NCBI GenBank assembly: GCA_017527155.1
Contig: JAFXQI010000042.1
Span: 67,600-131,599 of the forward strand
Source: Kiritimatiellia bacterium
GTDB lineage: Bacteria > Verrucomicrobiota > Kiritimatiellia > CAIQIC01 > Lenti-01
Direction of reading: 5' to 3'
Length of the DNA: 64,000 nucleotides
Shown: positions 8,192 through 17,385 of the stretch, one piece after another
How the letters are laid out: each line of letters begins with the position of its first letter
Position numbering within the stretch: position 1 is the stretch's first letter
Position numbers and translations under genes: made by a program
Notes under the pieces: model-generated
Database searches by the model: none
Seen by the model: only the letters and a program-made list of their open reading frames with translations
What the model was told of the DNA's origin: nothing

Positions 8192-9040
8192 TCACTTTCC
8201 CTCGTCTTCCTCGTCTTCCTCGTCCTCTTCCTCGTCGTCTTCGTCGAACTCGTCCTCGTCCTCGTCGAATTCGTCGTCCTCGTCGAATTCGTCGGTTTCT
8301 TCCTCTTCTTCCTCGGCGGGCATCTCGGCGGCGGCCTCGACGGCTTCGATCTTCATCTGGTTCGGGTCTTCCGGCGGCTGCGGCGGGGTGTCGTCGGCGT
8401 CGTCTCCGCGGGACTTGCGGTCGTTGCCGTAGCGGGCGGCCTGCTCCGCCTCGATTCGGCGGAGCTCGTCCGTGCCCGGCAGGTCGTCGAGGTTCTTGAG
8501 CCCGAAGTGCTCCATGAACTTCTGCGTCGTCCCGAACATCCACGGCCGGCCCGGCAGCTCGCTGCGCCCCACCACCCGCACCAGCTGCAGGTCGAGAAGG
8601 TTCTTCAGGATCGCGTCCACGGCCACGCCGCGCACCGCCTCGATTTCCGAGCGCACGCACGGCTGCCGGTACGCGATGATCGCCAGCGTCTCCAGCGCCG
8701 GCAGCGAGAGCCTCGTCCCGCGCCCCTTCTGGAGCATCGTGCGGAGCCACGGACCGCAGTTCGCGTCGTTTTCCAGACGCCACCCGCCCGCCACCTCGAT
8801 CAGGTGGAACCCCGTCTTGCGGTCCGTCAGGTCCCTCCCCAGCTCCCCGAGCGCCTCCAGCACGAGCTTCTCGTCCGCCTTCGCGAAGTCGGCGGTGATG
8901 CCGCCGCGCCGCTCCGCCGTCGCCTTCAGCACGCGGCGTATCTCCGCGACCGGCAGCGGGTCCTTGCGCACGAACAGCATCGCGCCGATGATCTGCTTCA
9001 GCACCGGCAGCGCGAAATCACGGGTTTCCGTCGGACTCAT
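8192..9040 (-). CDS. scpB: Segregation and condensation protein B with an acidic E/D-rich C-terminal tail
   Basis: Start MSPTETRDFALPVLKQIIGAMLFV (M15 of ORF 8192..9082). The ScpB winged-helix region (LETLAIIAYRQPCVRSEIEAVRGV) is present. The C-terminus is EEEEEETDEFDEDDEFDEDEDEFDEDDEEEDEEDEEDEGK. Confidence 0.75.
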   Translation of the reverse strand: MSPTETRDFALPVLKQIIGAMLFVRKDPLPVAEIRRVLKATAERRGGITADFAKADEKLVLEALGELGRDLTDRKTGFHLIEVAGGWRLENDANCGPWLRTMLQKGRGTRLSLPALETLAIIAYRQPCVRSEIEAVRGVAVDAILKNLLDLQLVRVVGRSELPGRPWMFGTTQKFMEHFGLKNLDDLPGTDELRRIEAEQAARYGNDRKSRGDDADDTPPQPPEDPNQMKIEAVEAAAEMPAEEEEEETDEFDEDDEFDEDEDEFDEDDEEEDEEDEEDEGK

Positions 9041-9959
9041 CTTCAACCTTCTCCTCTTCCGCTTCCGCATCGGCGCCCGCATCCGCGTCCACCGCCGGGG
9101 CTCCGTCCGCGAGCGGCAACGTGCCGGTTTCCGGCGCGGGGGCGGCGTTGAGCTTCTTGCGGCGCCGCAGGATGGCGGCCGTCTGCGGGTCCTCGGCCGG
9201 GGCCTCGTCCTCGGGCTTCGCGCCCTCGGGCGGGATGTCCCGGTGCTCGATGAAAATCTCCCCGTACGTCTCCGACTGCACCGCGCGCGCCTGCCGGAGG
9301 CGGATCAGCTCCAGCAGCGCCAGGAACGTGCACGCGATCTCGTTGCGCGAGCGCATCTTGTCGAGCATCCCCGACAGCGAGAACCGCCGCTCCCGGCGGA
9401 GCCGGAGCCCCAGCGACTCGATCTTGTCGGCGACCGTGTAGCGTTCGGCGAAGATTTCCCGGAGCTCCTCGTCCTTGACCTTCTTGAGCGCCTCGTTGAA
9501 CGCGTTGATCAGGTCGAACAGCCCCACGTCGTGGAGCGCCACCTCCGGCTCGCGGCCGAGGACCGCCTCCGTCCCCTCGCGGCCGAAGATGTCCTCCCGC
9601 CGCACCTCCAGCTCCTCCAGGTGGAGCGCCGCGTCCTTGAACTTCTTGTACTCGACCAGCTGCCGGACCAGATCCCACCGCGGATCCTCCTCCTCGGCCT
9701 CCTCCTCGGGCCGGACCTCGGCGGGCAGCAGCATCCGGCTCTTGATCATCATCAGCGTGGCGGCCATGACCAGGAACTCCCCCGCGACGTTGAGGTCGAG
9801 CCGCTTCATCATCTCGAGGTACTCGATGTACTGCCTGGTGACGCTCTCCATCGGGATGTTGCTGATGTCCAGCTCGTCCTTCTTGATGAGGTACAACAGC
9901 AGATCGAGAGGTCCCTCGAAGACCTCCAGCTTGACCTTGTATTCCTCGTTCCTGTCCAT
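9018..9959 (-). CDS. scpA: Segregation and condensation protein A
   Basis: Start MDRNEEYKVKLEVFEGPLDLLLYLIKKDELDI (M149 of ORF 9018..10403) is the ScpA signature. The 3' end overlaps the scpB start by about 22 nt. Confidence 0.75.
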   Translation of the reverse strand: MDRNEEYKVKLEVFEGPLDLLLYLIKKDELDISNIPMESVTRQYIEYLEMMKRLDLNVAGEFLVMAATLMMIKSRMLLPAEVRPEEEAEEEDPRWDLVRQLVEYKKFKDAALHLEELEVRREDIFGREGTEAVLGREPEVALHDVGLFDLINAFNEALKKVKDEELREIFAERYTVADKIESLGLRLRRERRFSLSGMLDKMRSRNEIACTFLALLELIRLRQARAVQSETYGEIFIEHRDIPPEGAKPEDEAPAEDPQTAAILRRRKKLNAAPAPETGTLPLADGAPAVDADAGADAEAEEEKVEDESDGNP

Positions 9960-10305
9960 GTGGGCGTTTGTCCGTTCAGTGGCAATCTTTTCCACTTTAC
10001 CCTCTCCCCCCGCCCGGGGCAACGCCAAACCCAACGCCAAACCCAACGTCGGCCTGCTCCTGCCTCCAGCGTCCCAGCCGTTGTCCGCGCAAGGTTCCGC
10101 CCCCGGAACAGGCACCACCGGGGTTTTCCCGCTTCGGCCCTGTCCGCATCCGGAGGCTTGTACATGGCGGAGATGCGCCCGCGGAGGACCGGAACGGAGG
10201 TCCGGCACGCGCAAAAACGGTTGACATGGAAGGGAAATGGGGGATGATGGCCGGTGTTCTTGCCGAGCAAGCGGCAACCAAACCAAACAAGGAGTGAAAC
10301 AATCC

Positions 10306-11154
10306 ATGAAGAAGATGATGACCGCCCTGATGCTGGCCGCCCTGGCCGCGTCGATGGCCACGGTTTCCGCGAGCGCGGAGGAAGTGACCCAGGAAGAAGC
10401 CAACTACGCCGTGACCGTCAGCGCCGACGTGCTGAGCGCCTACGTCTCCAAGGGCGTGACCGGCAACGACGAGCCCGTGTTCCAGCCCGACGTGTACGTC
10501 GAGATGCCGTACGGCTTCAGCTTCGACGTCTGGGCCAACATGAACATCACCGACGCCAACTGCAACTGGGATCCCAAGACCGGCGGCAAGTGGTCCGAAT
10601 TCGACCTGACCCTCGACTGGACGGTTCCGATCGAAGGCCCCGTCTCCCTCACCTTCGGCGGCACGTACTTCGTGTACCCGCAGGCCAAGGGCGATGTCAT
10701 CGTCGCGACCGAGGAAGAAGCCGAGAACGTCAAGGCCGGCGCCCCCGCCGACGGCGACTACGAGCTCTTCGTCAAGGCCGGTGTGGATTGCCTCCTCCAG
10801 CCCGCACTCGAGTTCTACCACGACTGCCAGTCCAGCAGCGACTGGTACTTCCTCGGCAAGATCGGCCACGACTTCGAACTGACCGATCTCCTCGGCCTCC
10901 ACCTCGGCGCCACCGTCGGCTTCGTCGGCGACGACTTCGCCGAACGCTACGGCTCCGACGACGGCGCGGCCTTCTCGCACGCCCAGTTTGACGCCAAGCT
11001 CGGCTACGCGGTGACGGACGCCCTCGAAGTCCACGCCAAGGCCAGCTTCAGCACGCTGATCGACGGCGACATCCGCGACGGCGTCAAGGACAGCTACGAC
11101 GACATCGACTGCGAAATCTTCTACGGCGGCGTCGGCTGCGGCTACACGTTCTGA
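10306..11154 (+). CDS. Secreted protein, predicted outer-membrane beta-barrel (function unknown)
   Basis: AAGGAG sits 10 nt upstream of the ATG. The signal peptide is MKKMMTALMLAALAASMATVSASA. Amphipathic strands recur (YAVTVSADVLSAYV, VSLTFGGTYFVY, LGLHLGATVGFVG). The C-terminal ...GVGCGYTF ends in Phe, as in beta-barrel OMPs. Confidence 0.5.
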   Translation: MKKMMTALMLAALAASMATVSASAEEVTQEEANYAVTVSADVLSAYVSKGVTGNDEPVFQPDVYVEMPYGFSFDVWANMNITDANCNWDPKTGGKWSEFDLTLDWTVPIEGPVSLTFGGTYFVYPQAKGDVIVATEEEAENVKAGAPADGDYELFVKAGVDCLLQPALEFYHDCQSSSDWYFLGKIGHDFELTDLLGLHLGATVGFVGDDFAERYGSDDGAAFSHAQFDAKLGYAVTDALEVHAKASFSTLIDGDIRDGVKDSYDDIDCEIFYGGVGCGYTF

Positions 11155-11175
11155 TCCACCGGACAACCGAACGGA

Positions 11176-11216
11176 AGAAAGGCGTCCCCTCCGGGGGGCG
11201 CCTTTCGGCTTTCCGG
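11176..11216 (+). terminator. Rho-independent terminator candidate downstream of the beta-barrel gene
   Basis: aaaggcgtcccc-tcc-ggggggcgccttt forms a GC-rich hairpin with a 1-nt stem imperfection, followed by cggctttcc. Confidence 0.45.
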
Positions 11217-11444
11217 GGTGGGGGAGACCGGTTTTCCATGGGCTGGAGGATTGCGGAAAATTGGAGAAACAGTTTGGATTTTCCACGATCTCGCAAGATG
11301 TCGGGAATGGGGGTGCGGGGGCGGACGGGGAGGGGCGGCGGGGCGGAAAATCGGGTTGAATGCGGAGGAGGGGTGTGGTGGAATGGACACATGGATGATG
11401 GCACGGGACAGTACGGACGGCCGGTCGGGCAGGCCAGGGGCGTG

Positions 11445-12101
11445 ATGGTGGCGGCGCTGGCGGTGGCGTTGCTGCTGGGTGCCGTGGCGGCGCGGGCCGG
11501 GGATTTCGCGGTGCTGGCAGGGGCGGACACGAAGGCGGGCTACCTGGCGCGGCTGCTGATCAACGAGACGCCGTTCCCGGGGGAGCGGGGGTACGTGAGC
11601 GAAGAGGACACGGAGTCGGCGATGCGGGAGGTGCTGTTCGTGCTGCACTCGCGCATCAAGGACATCCCCGCGGGATACAAGCAGGAAGAGATCGCGGCGG
11701 TGCGGACGGGCGACATCCTCGACCTCATCACCGCCCGGAACCAGTGCGAGGGGTTTTCGCGCGACGCGGCGGGGAACCGCACGATGGCGCCGCGCGTGGG
11801 GGAGCGCATCAACTACCTGATGAAGATCGCCAACAGCGGCAAGGCGCCGGGGCGCTTCGCGCGGCTGATCAACTACGCGCAGTCGCTGGCCACGGCCTAT
11901 TTCGCGACCGGGCCGCAGGGGAGCGACCTGTTCGCCAACCTCTCGGTCGTGGGGGGCGTCCCCGTCACGGGGCGCGCCTACTCGTGGATGACGGGCCAGG
12001 ACATGTACCATCCCGGCGGCAATTTCGTGCGCATCCCCGAGTCCCAGCACGGGTTGCTCGGCGGCAACCGTTTCTTCACTTTGCGAAAGGATCCAAAATG
12101 A
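11445..12101 (+). CDS. Hypothetical secreted protein
   Basis: Signal-peptide-like MVAALAVALLLGAVAARAG begins at M70 of ORF 11238..12101; an alternative start is MDDGT at 11391. No recognisable family. The stop overlaps the start of the next gene. Confidence 0.4.
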   Translation: MVAALAVALLLGAVAARAGDFAVLAGADTKAGYLARLLINETPFPGERGYVSEEDTESAMREVLFVLHSRIKDIPAGYKQEEIAAVRTGDILDLITARNQCEGFSRDAAGNRTMAPRVGERINYLMKIANSGKAPGRFARLINYAQSLATAYFATGPQGSDLFANLSVVGGVPVTGRAYSWMTGQDMYHPGGNFVRIPESQHGLLGGNRFFTLRKDPK

Positions 12102-13009
12102 AACACGCGTTTTCCTTCTCCTGCGCGATGGCGCTTCTCCTCGCCGCGACCGCCGCCGCGCCGTGCCGCGCGGTGGCTGCCGACCCGCCGGCGGCGGTGA
12201 TGGAGGAGCCGTTCCTGGCCGAGGTCGCGTTGCACCTGTACGCGTGGTTCCTCGACGAAAAGGACTACGATCCGGAGCGCCTCGGCGACGGCGCCAAACT
12301 CGTGTTCCGCGTGCGGCGGCCGGAGGTGAAGGCCGACGAGGGCGACAACAGCGAATGGGCCGACATCCGGATTCCGCAGCTCAACCTCGGCGCGACGGTC
12401 AAGCGGCCGGATTACGCCATCGAGGAGCTCGGCGTCGAGGTGCGCAGTTCGAAGTTCCGCATCGTGAACGTGTACCGGCTGGAGGCGGAAAACCGCGAGT
12501 TCCCCGAGGAGGAGGACTGGCGCACCGTCGAATGCGACCTGCAGCGCTTGATGGGCACGCTGCGGGACTCCCCGGCGCGGGGGACGTTTCCCGACCAGGC
12601 GCTCAGCGAACGCCTCTACCTGGCCTGCTGCCGGCAGCTGGAGATCGATCCCGACGCCCGGGGGACCGGCGACCAGATCATCCACATCGCGCCGATGTCG
12701 CCGGTGGCCAACGAGGTGTGGGTGTTCCTGGAAAACCAGAACCTGTTCATGCAGTTCACGTCCGACACCGACATCGAGAACCCGGAGCTGTGGACCGCGC
12801 AGCAGTTGCGGGTGCGCACGATCGACGCGGCGAACAACACGGTGGTCTCGATGGAGGAGATGCCGGGCAGCAACGTGTACGTGACGCGCGACCAGATCGG
12901 GCGCTTGCTCTACAACTGCATCGTCTTCGGCAAGCGCATCCTGGTCGTGACCCCGGACGACCCGGACGCTCCCGAGGAAATCCGGGAAAACGTGAAGGCG
13001 AACTGGTGA
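12098..13009 (+). CDS. Hypothetical secreted protein
   Basis: MKHAFSFSCAMALLLAATAAAPCRAVAADP is a signal peptide. The gene spans 303 aa with no recognised domain. Its ATG overlaps the upstream stop (ATGA). Confidence 0.5.
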   Translation: MKHAFSFSCAMALLLAATAAAPCRAVAADPPAAVMEEPFLAEVALHLYAWFLDEKDYDPERLGDGAKLVFRVRRPEVKADEGDNSEWADIRIPQLNLGATVKRPDYAIEELGVEVRSSKFRIVNVYRLEAENREFPEEEDWRTVECDLQRLMGTLRDSPARGTFPDQALSERLYLACCRQLEIDPDARGTGDQIIHIAPMSPVANEVWVFLENQNLFMQFTSDTDIENPELWTAQQLRVRTIDAANNTVVSMEEMPGSNVYVTRDQIGRLLYNCIVFGKRILVVTPDDPDAPEEIRENVKANW

Positions 13010-13122
13010 CGGAGGGTGGGGGAGGGGGACCGGGGGCGGCGCTTTTCCCGTGCATTCCGGGGCGGGATGTGCGATGAAGGGGGCCTGCATACGGCAACCC
13101 CGCAAACCAGAAGGAGTTTTTT

Positions 13123-14790
13123 ATGGCCGGCGAATACATCTTCACGCTCAACCACCTATCCAAGACGCACGACCGGACGACGGTGCTCGACGACATCACG
13201 CTGTCGTTCTTCTTCGGCGCCAAGATCGGCGTCATCGGCGGCAACGGCGCCGGCAAATCGACGCTGCTGCGCATCCTCGCGGGCCAGGACAAGGATTACC
13301 ACGGCGAGTGCATCATCGCGCAGGGGCTGCGGATCGGGTACCTTCCGCAGGAGCCGCAGCTCGACCCGTCGAAGGACGTCGCGGGCAATGTCGCGGAGGG
13401 CGCCGCCGCCGCGCAGGCCATCCTCGACCGCTACGACGAGCTCTGCGACAAGCTCGGCGGCGACCTCTCCGACGATGAGTCCGCGAAGATCGGCGACGAG
13501 ATGGACCGCCTCCAGTCCATCATCGACGCCCGCGACCTCTGGAGCCTCGACAGCCAGATCGAGCGCGCCATGGACGCCCTGCGCCTGCCGCCCGGCGATG
13601 CCGACGTGACAAAACTCTCCGGCGGCGAGAAGCGCCGCGTGGCCCTCTGCCGCCTGCTGCTCTCGAATCCCGACGCGCTGCTCCTCGACGAGCCGACGAA
13701 CCACCTCGACGCGGAGACGGTCGCCTGGCTGGAGGAGTACCTCAAGAAGTTCGCCGGGACGCTCGTCGTCGTGACCCACGACCGCTACTTCCTCAACGAC
13801 GTCACCGAATGGATCCTCGAAATGGACGGCGGCCACGGCTACCCCTACAAGGGCAACTACGAGCAGTGGCTCGAAGCCAAGCGCGCGCAGGCCGCCGTCG
13901 CCAGCAAGCAGAACGCGTCGCGCCAGAAGATGCTCGACCGCGAACTCGAGTGGATCCGCCTCAATCCCACCGGCCGCATGAGCAAGAACAAGGCCCGCCT
14001 CGCCCGCTACGAGGAACTCGCCGCCAAGCAGGTCGACACCCGCGAGGACACGCTCGAAATCCAGATTCCGTCCGGCAAGCGCCTCGGCGACCTCGTCGTG
14101 CGCGCGGACGGGCTGCGGAAGGTGTACGGCAACCGGCTCGTCATGGACAACGTGTCGTTCAACCTGCCGCGCGGCGGCATCGTCGGCGTCATCGGCCCCA
14201 ACGGCGCCGGCAAGACGACGCTCCTGCGCATGATCGTCGGCGAGGAGAAGCCCGACGGCGGAACCCTCACCGTCGGCGAGACGGTGGAGCTCTCCTACGT
14301 CAACCAGTTCCGCGACGAGCTGAAGGCGGAGAACACCGTGTTCGAGGAAATCACCGGCGGCCAGGAAACCCTCGACCTCGGCGGCAAGCCGATGAACGCG
14401 CGCGCCTACTGCACGCGGTTCAACTTCCGCGGCGCCGACCAGCAGAAGAAGGTCGGCGAGCTCTCCGGCGGCGAACGCAACCGCGTGCACCTCGCCAAGC
14501 TGCTGCGGCGCGGCGGCAACCTGCTGCTGCTCGACGAACCGACCAACGACCTCGACGTCACGACCCTGCGCGCCCTGGAGGAAGGCATCCAGAACTTCGG
14601 CGGGTGCGCCGTCGTGGTCAGCCACGACCGCTGGTTCCTCGACCGCATCGCGACCCACATCCTCGCCTTCGAGGACGACGGCTCCGTCACCTGGTTCGAA
14701 GGCAACTTCGAAGGCTACCACGAACAGCGCCGCCGTCTCCTCGGCGACGCCGCCGACCAGCCCAAGCGCATCCGCTTCCGTCCCATCTGA
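13123..14790 (+). CDS. ettA: Energy-dependent translational throttle protein EttA (ABC-F ATPase)
   Basis: MAGEYIFTLNHLSKTHDRTTVLDDITLSFFFGAKIGVIGGNGAGKSTLLRIL... has two ABC cassettes over 555 aa. AAGGAG precedes the ATG. Confidence 0.9.
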   Translation: MAGEYIFTLNHLSKTHDRTTVLDDITLSFFFGAKIGVIGGNGAGKSTLLRILAGQDKDYHGECIIAQGLRIGYLPQEPQLDPSKDVAGNVAEGAAAAQAILDRYDELCDKLGGDLSDDESAKIGDEMDRLQSIIDARDLWSLDSQIERAMDALRLPPGDADVTKLSGGEKRRVALCRLLLSNPDALLLDEPTNHLDAETVAWLEEYLKKFAGTLVVVTHDRYFLNDVTEWILEMDGGHGYPYKGNYEQWLEAKRAQAAVASKQNASRQKMLDRELEWIRLNPTGRMSKNKARLARYEELAAKQVDTREDTLEIQIPSGKRLGDLVVRADGLRKVYGNRLVMDNVSFNLPRGGIVGVIGPNGAGKTTLLRMIVGEEKPDGGTLTVGETVELSYVNQFRDELKAENTVFEEITGGQETLDLGGKPMNARAYCTRFNFRGADQQKKVGELSGGERNRVHLAKLLRRGGNLLLLDEPTNDLDVTTLRALEEGIQNFGGCAVVVSHDRWFLDRIATHILAFEDDGSVTWFEGNFEGYHEQRRRLLGDAADQPKRIRFRPI

Positions 14791-14854
14791 CGCGCGGATG
14801 TCATCCGGCGCGGACAACGGCGAGGCGTGCGGCGGCTGTGCTCGCGTGCATGAA

Positions 14855-14970
14855 CCTCCGCCCGTTGTTTCCCAGTGCGGACGCGCAGAAGCGCGTCCCT
14901 CCCCGTGGAGAGCGCACCGGGAGGGTCGCGCTTCCGCGCGACCATGTGGTAGGGAAGCGTTCGGGAAGCT
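14855..14970 (-). repeat. GC-rich multi-hairpin interspersed element, copy A (inverted orientation)
   Basis: The reverse complement matches copies at 37515-37620, 40537-40640 and 62652-62848: ttctg(c/t)(a/g)gcttccc...ccaca(a/t)ggtcgcgcggaagcgcgaccctcccgg..ccacggggagggacgcgcttctgcgcgtccgc. It lies between the convergent ettA and folK. Confidence 0.6.
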
Positions 14971-15062
14971 GCAGAAAAACGTAAACCGATCCAACGCGCT
15001 CGGGGCGCAAATCCTGCTCGTGTGTCGGGCGATCTCTCCGGGCGAGCCGTTTTGCCCCCGCT

Positions 15063-15578
15063 CTACCAGGCGGACAGGTGGGGCGTGAGGGCCTGGCTGT
15101 CGGCCGGGAGGTCGGCGAGGAGGTCGCGGACGGTGCGGTCGTGGCCGGGGAGGAGGAGTCCGGGGCGGAGGTCGCAGAGGGGCTGCAGGACGAAGCGGCG
15201 CTTGCTCCAGCGGGGATGGGGGACGACCAGGCCGCCGGAGCGGACGATCTGGCTGCCGTAGTAGACGAGGTCGATGTCGATGGTGCGCGGGGAGTTGCGG
15301 ATGGCGCTGCGCTTGCGGCCGAGGTCGGTCTCGATCTGCTGGAGGCGCGCGAACAGGCGGTGGATGTCGAGGGAGGTGCCGACGAGCAGGACGGTGTTGA
15401 GGAACCGGATGTTCTGGTATTCCTCGGGGACGCCGACGGGCTCGGTCTCGTAGATGGGCGCGGAGGCGAGAAGGGTCACTTCGGGGAGGGCCGCGATGGC
15501 CGCGCGCGCGTCGATGAGGTGCCGCAGGCGGTCCTTGAGGTTGGACCCGAGGCTCAAGCCGGCTTCGATGCCGTTCAT
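15063..15578 (-). CDS. folK: 2-amino-4-hydroxy-6-hydroxymethyldihydropteridine diphosphokinase
   Basis: Start MNGIEAGLSLGSNLKDRLRHL (M238 of ORF 15063..16289). The HPPK signature SAPIYETEPVG is present. The start overlaps the dapB stop (ATGA). Confidence 0.8.
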   Translation of the reverse strand: MNGIEAGLSLGSNLKDRLRHLIDARAAIAALPEVTLLASAPIYETEPVGVPEEYQNIRFLNTVLLVGTSLDIHRLFARLQQIETDLGRKRSAIRNSPRTIDIDLVYYGSQIVRSGGLVVPHPRWSKRRFVLQPLCDLRPGLLLPGHDRTVRDLLADLPADSQALTPHLSAW

Positions 15579-16414
15579 CGGGAGGTCTCCAGTCCGAGGA
15601 CGTCGGCCATGCCGTAGAGGCCGGGGGCGCGTCCGGCGGTCAGCCACGCGGCGGCGCGGATGGCGCCGAGGGCCAGGGTGTCGCGGGAGGTGGCGCGGTG
15701 GGTCAGTTCGAGGCATTCGCCGTCGGCCGCGAAGAGGACGGTGTGGTCGCCGACGAAGTCGCCGCCGCGGACGGCGTGGAACCCGATCTGCTCGGCGGGG
15801 CGCTCGCCGACGAGGCCGGAGCGGCCGTCGGTCGCGACGTCGGGGAGGGACCAGCCGTAGGATTCGGCGGCGGCCTTGCCGAGGAAGAGGGCGGTGCCGG
15901 AGGGGGCGTCCTTCTTGTGGCGGTGGTGGCGCTCGATGATTTCGCAGTCGTAGCCGCGTCCGCGGAGGGCCAGCGCGGCCTGCCGGACGAGGGCTTCGAG
16001 GAGGTTGATGCCCACGGACATGTTGGCGGCCTGCACGACGGGGATTTTTTCGGCGGCGCCGCGGACGGCGGCCTGCTCTTCGGGGGTGAGGCCGGTGGTG
16101 CCGACGACCCACGGGATGCCGGCGGTGGCGATGCGCGGGGCGAGGGCGGCGCTGGCGGCGTGGAAGGAGAAGTCGACGGCCACCGCGGGGGCGGCGTCGC
16201 GGACGGCGGCGTCGAAGTCGGCGGCGAGGGGGATGCCGGCGGGGGGCGTACCGGCGAGGGCACCCATGTCGGCGCCGAGGTCGGGGCAATCGGGGCGGTC
16301 GAGGGCCGCCGCGAGGCGGAGGGAGGGTTCGGCGCCTTCGGCAAGAAGGCGGGCGATGGCGCGGCCCATGCGGCCGGCGGCGCCGACGATCAGCACGGTG
16401 GCGGCGGCGCTCAC
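15575..16414 (-). CDS. dapB: 4-hydroxy-tetrahydrodipicolinate reductase
   Basis: GTG start (VSAAATVLIVGAAGRMGRAIARLL), 279 aa. The DapB motif ERHHRHKKDAPSGTAL is present. The GTG overlaps the dapA stop (GTGA). It sits inside the 1308-aa stop-free ORF 15575..19501, which is not one gene. Confidence 0.8.
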   Translation of the reverse strand: MSAAATVLIVGAAGRMGRAIARLLAEGAEPSLRLAAALDRPDCPDLGADMGALAGTPPAGIPLAADFDAAVRDAAPAVAVDFSFHAASAALAPRIATAGIPWVVGTTGLTPEEQAAVRGAAEKIPVVQAANMSVGINLLEALVRQAALALRGRGYDCEIIERHHRHKKDAPSGTALFLGKAAAESYGWSLPDVATDGRSGLVGERPAEQIGFHAVRGGDFVGDHTVLFAADGECLELTHRATSRDTLALGAIRAAAWLTAGRAPGLYGMADVLGLETSR

Positions 16415-17280
16415 GGCAGCAGCCCGACTTTCCGGAGGGTGGCGCGGAGCTGCTCGCGCGGGGCGGGCGACATTTCGCAGAGGGGCAGGCGGTAGACGGC
16501 GGGGCCCATGCCGAGCATTTCCATGGCGGCCTTGACGGGCACGGGGTTGGTTTCGAGGAAGAGGTCGGTGAAGAGGGGATAGAGTTTGTAGTGGAGCGCG
16601 CGGGCCTCGTCCCAGCGGCCTTCGCGGGCGGCGCGGACCATCTCGACGACGGGGCGCGGGGCGACGTTGGTCGCGACGGAGATGACGCCGACGGCGCCGA
16701 GGGACATCATGGGGAGCGTCAGCGAGTCGTCGCCGGAGAGGACGTCGATGTCGCAGACGGACTTGATGCGGGAGACGCGGTCCACCTTGCCGGCGGCTTC
16801 CTTGATGCAGACGATGTTCGGGTGCTTGGCCAGTTCGGCGACGGTCGGGATCGCGATTTCGGCGCCGCTGCGGCCGGGGACGTTGTAGAGGACGACCGGG
16901 AGGCCGAGGTCGGCGACGGCCGTGAAGTGGCGGAGGAGGCCGGTCTGGGTGGGCTTGTTGTAGTAGGGGGTGACCTGGAGGGTGCCGTCGACGCCCTGGT
17001 CGAGGACTTCGCGCGTCAGCTCGATGGCTTCGTGCGTGGAGTTGGCGCCGGTGCCCGCGATGACCTTGAGGCGGCCGGCCGCGTAGCGCACGGCGGCGCG
17101 GATGACGTCGATGTGCTCCGGCGGGGTCAGGGTCGGGCTCTCGCCGGTGGTGCCGACCGGGATGATGCCGTCGATGCCGGCCTCCGCCTGCGCCTCGATG
17201 AGCGCGGCGAAACGGTCGTAGTCCACGGCCCCGTCCGGGCGGAAGGGGGTGACAAGCGCGGTGATGGTTCCTTGGAACAT
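16411..17280 (-). CDS. dapA: 4-hydroxy-tetrahydrodipicolinate synthase
   Basis: Start MFQGTITALVTPF (M26 of ORF 16411..17355). The DapA motifs GTTGESPTLT and KEAAG (active-site Lys region) are present. Confidence 0.85.
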   Translation of the reverse strand: MFQGTITALVTPFRPDGAVDYDRFAALIEAQAEAGIDGIIPVGTTGESPTLTPPEHIDVIRAAVRYAAGRLKVIAGTGANSTHEAIELTREVLDQGVDGTLQVTPYYNKPTQTGLLRHFTAVADLGLPVVLYNVPGRSGAEIAIPTVAELAKHPNIVCIKEAAGKVDRVSRIKSVCDIDVLSGDDSLTLPMMSLGAVGVISVATNVAPRPVVEMVRAAREGRWDEARALHYKLYPLFTDLFLETNPVPVKAAMEMLGMGPAVYRLPLCEMSPAPREQLRATLRKVGLLP

Positions 17281-17385
17281 GGTATGCCTCGTTTCTGTTG
17301 AATCGGGAAACAATTCCACGCATTGTGCGCGAACGGAAGGAAATGGCCAGCACAAAATGACATGCGAAGCCTGGCCGCAGCCGGC

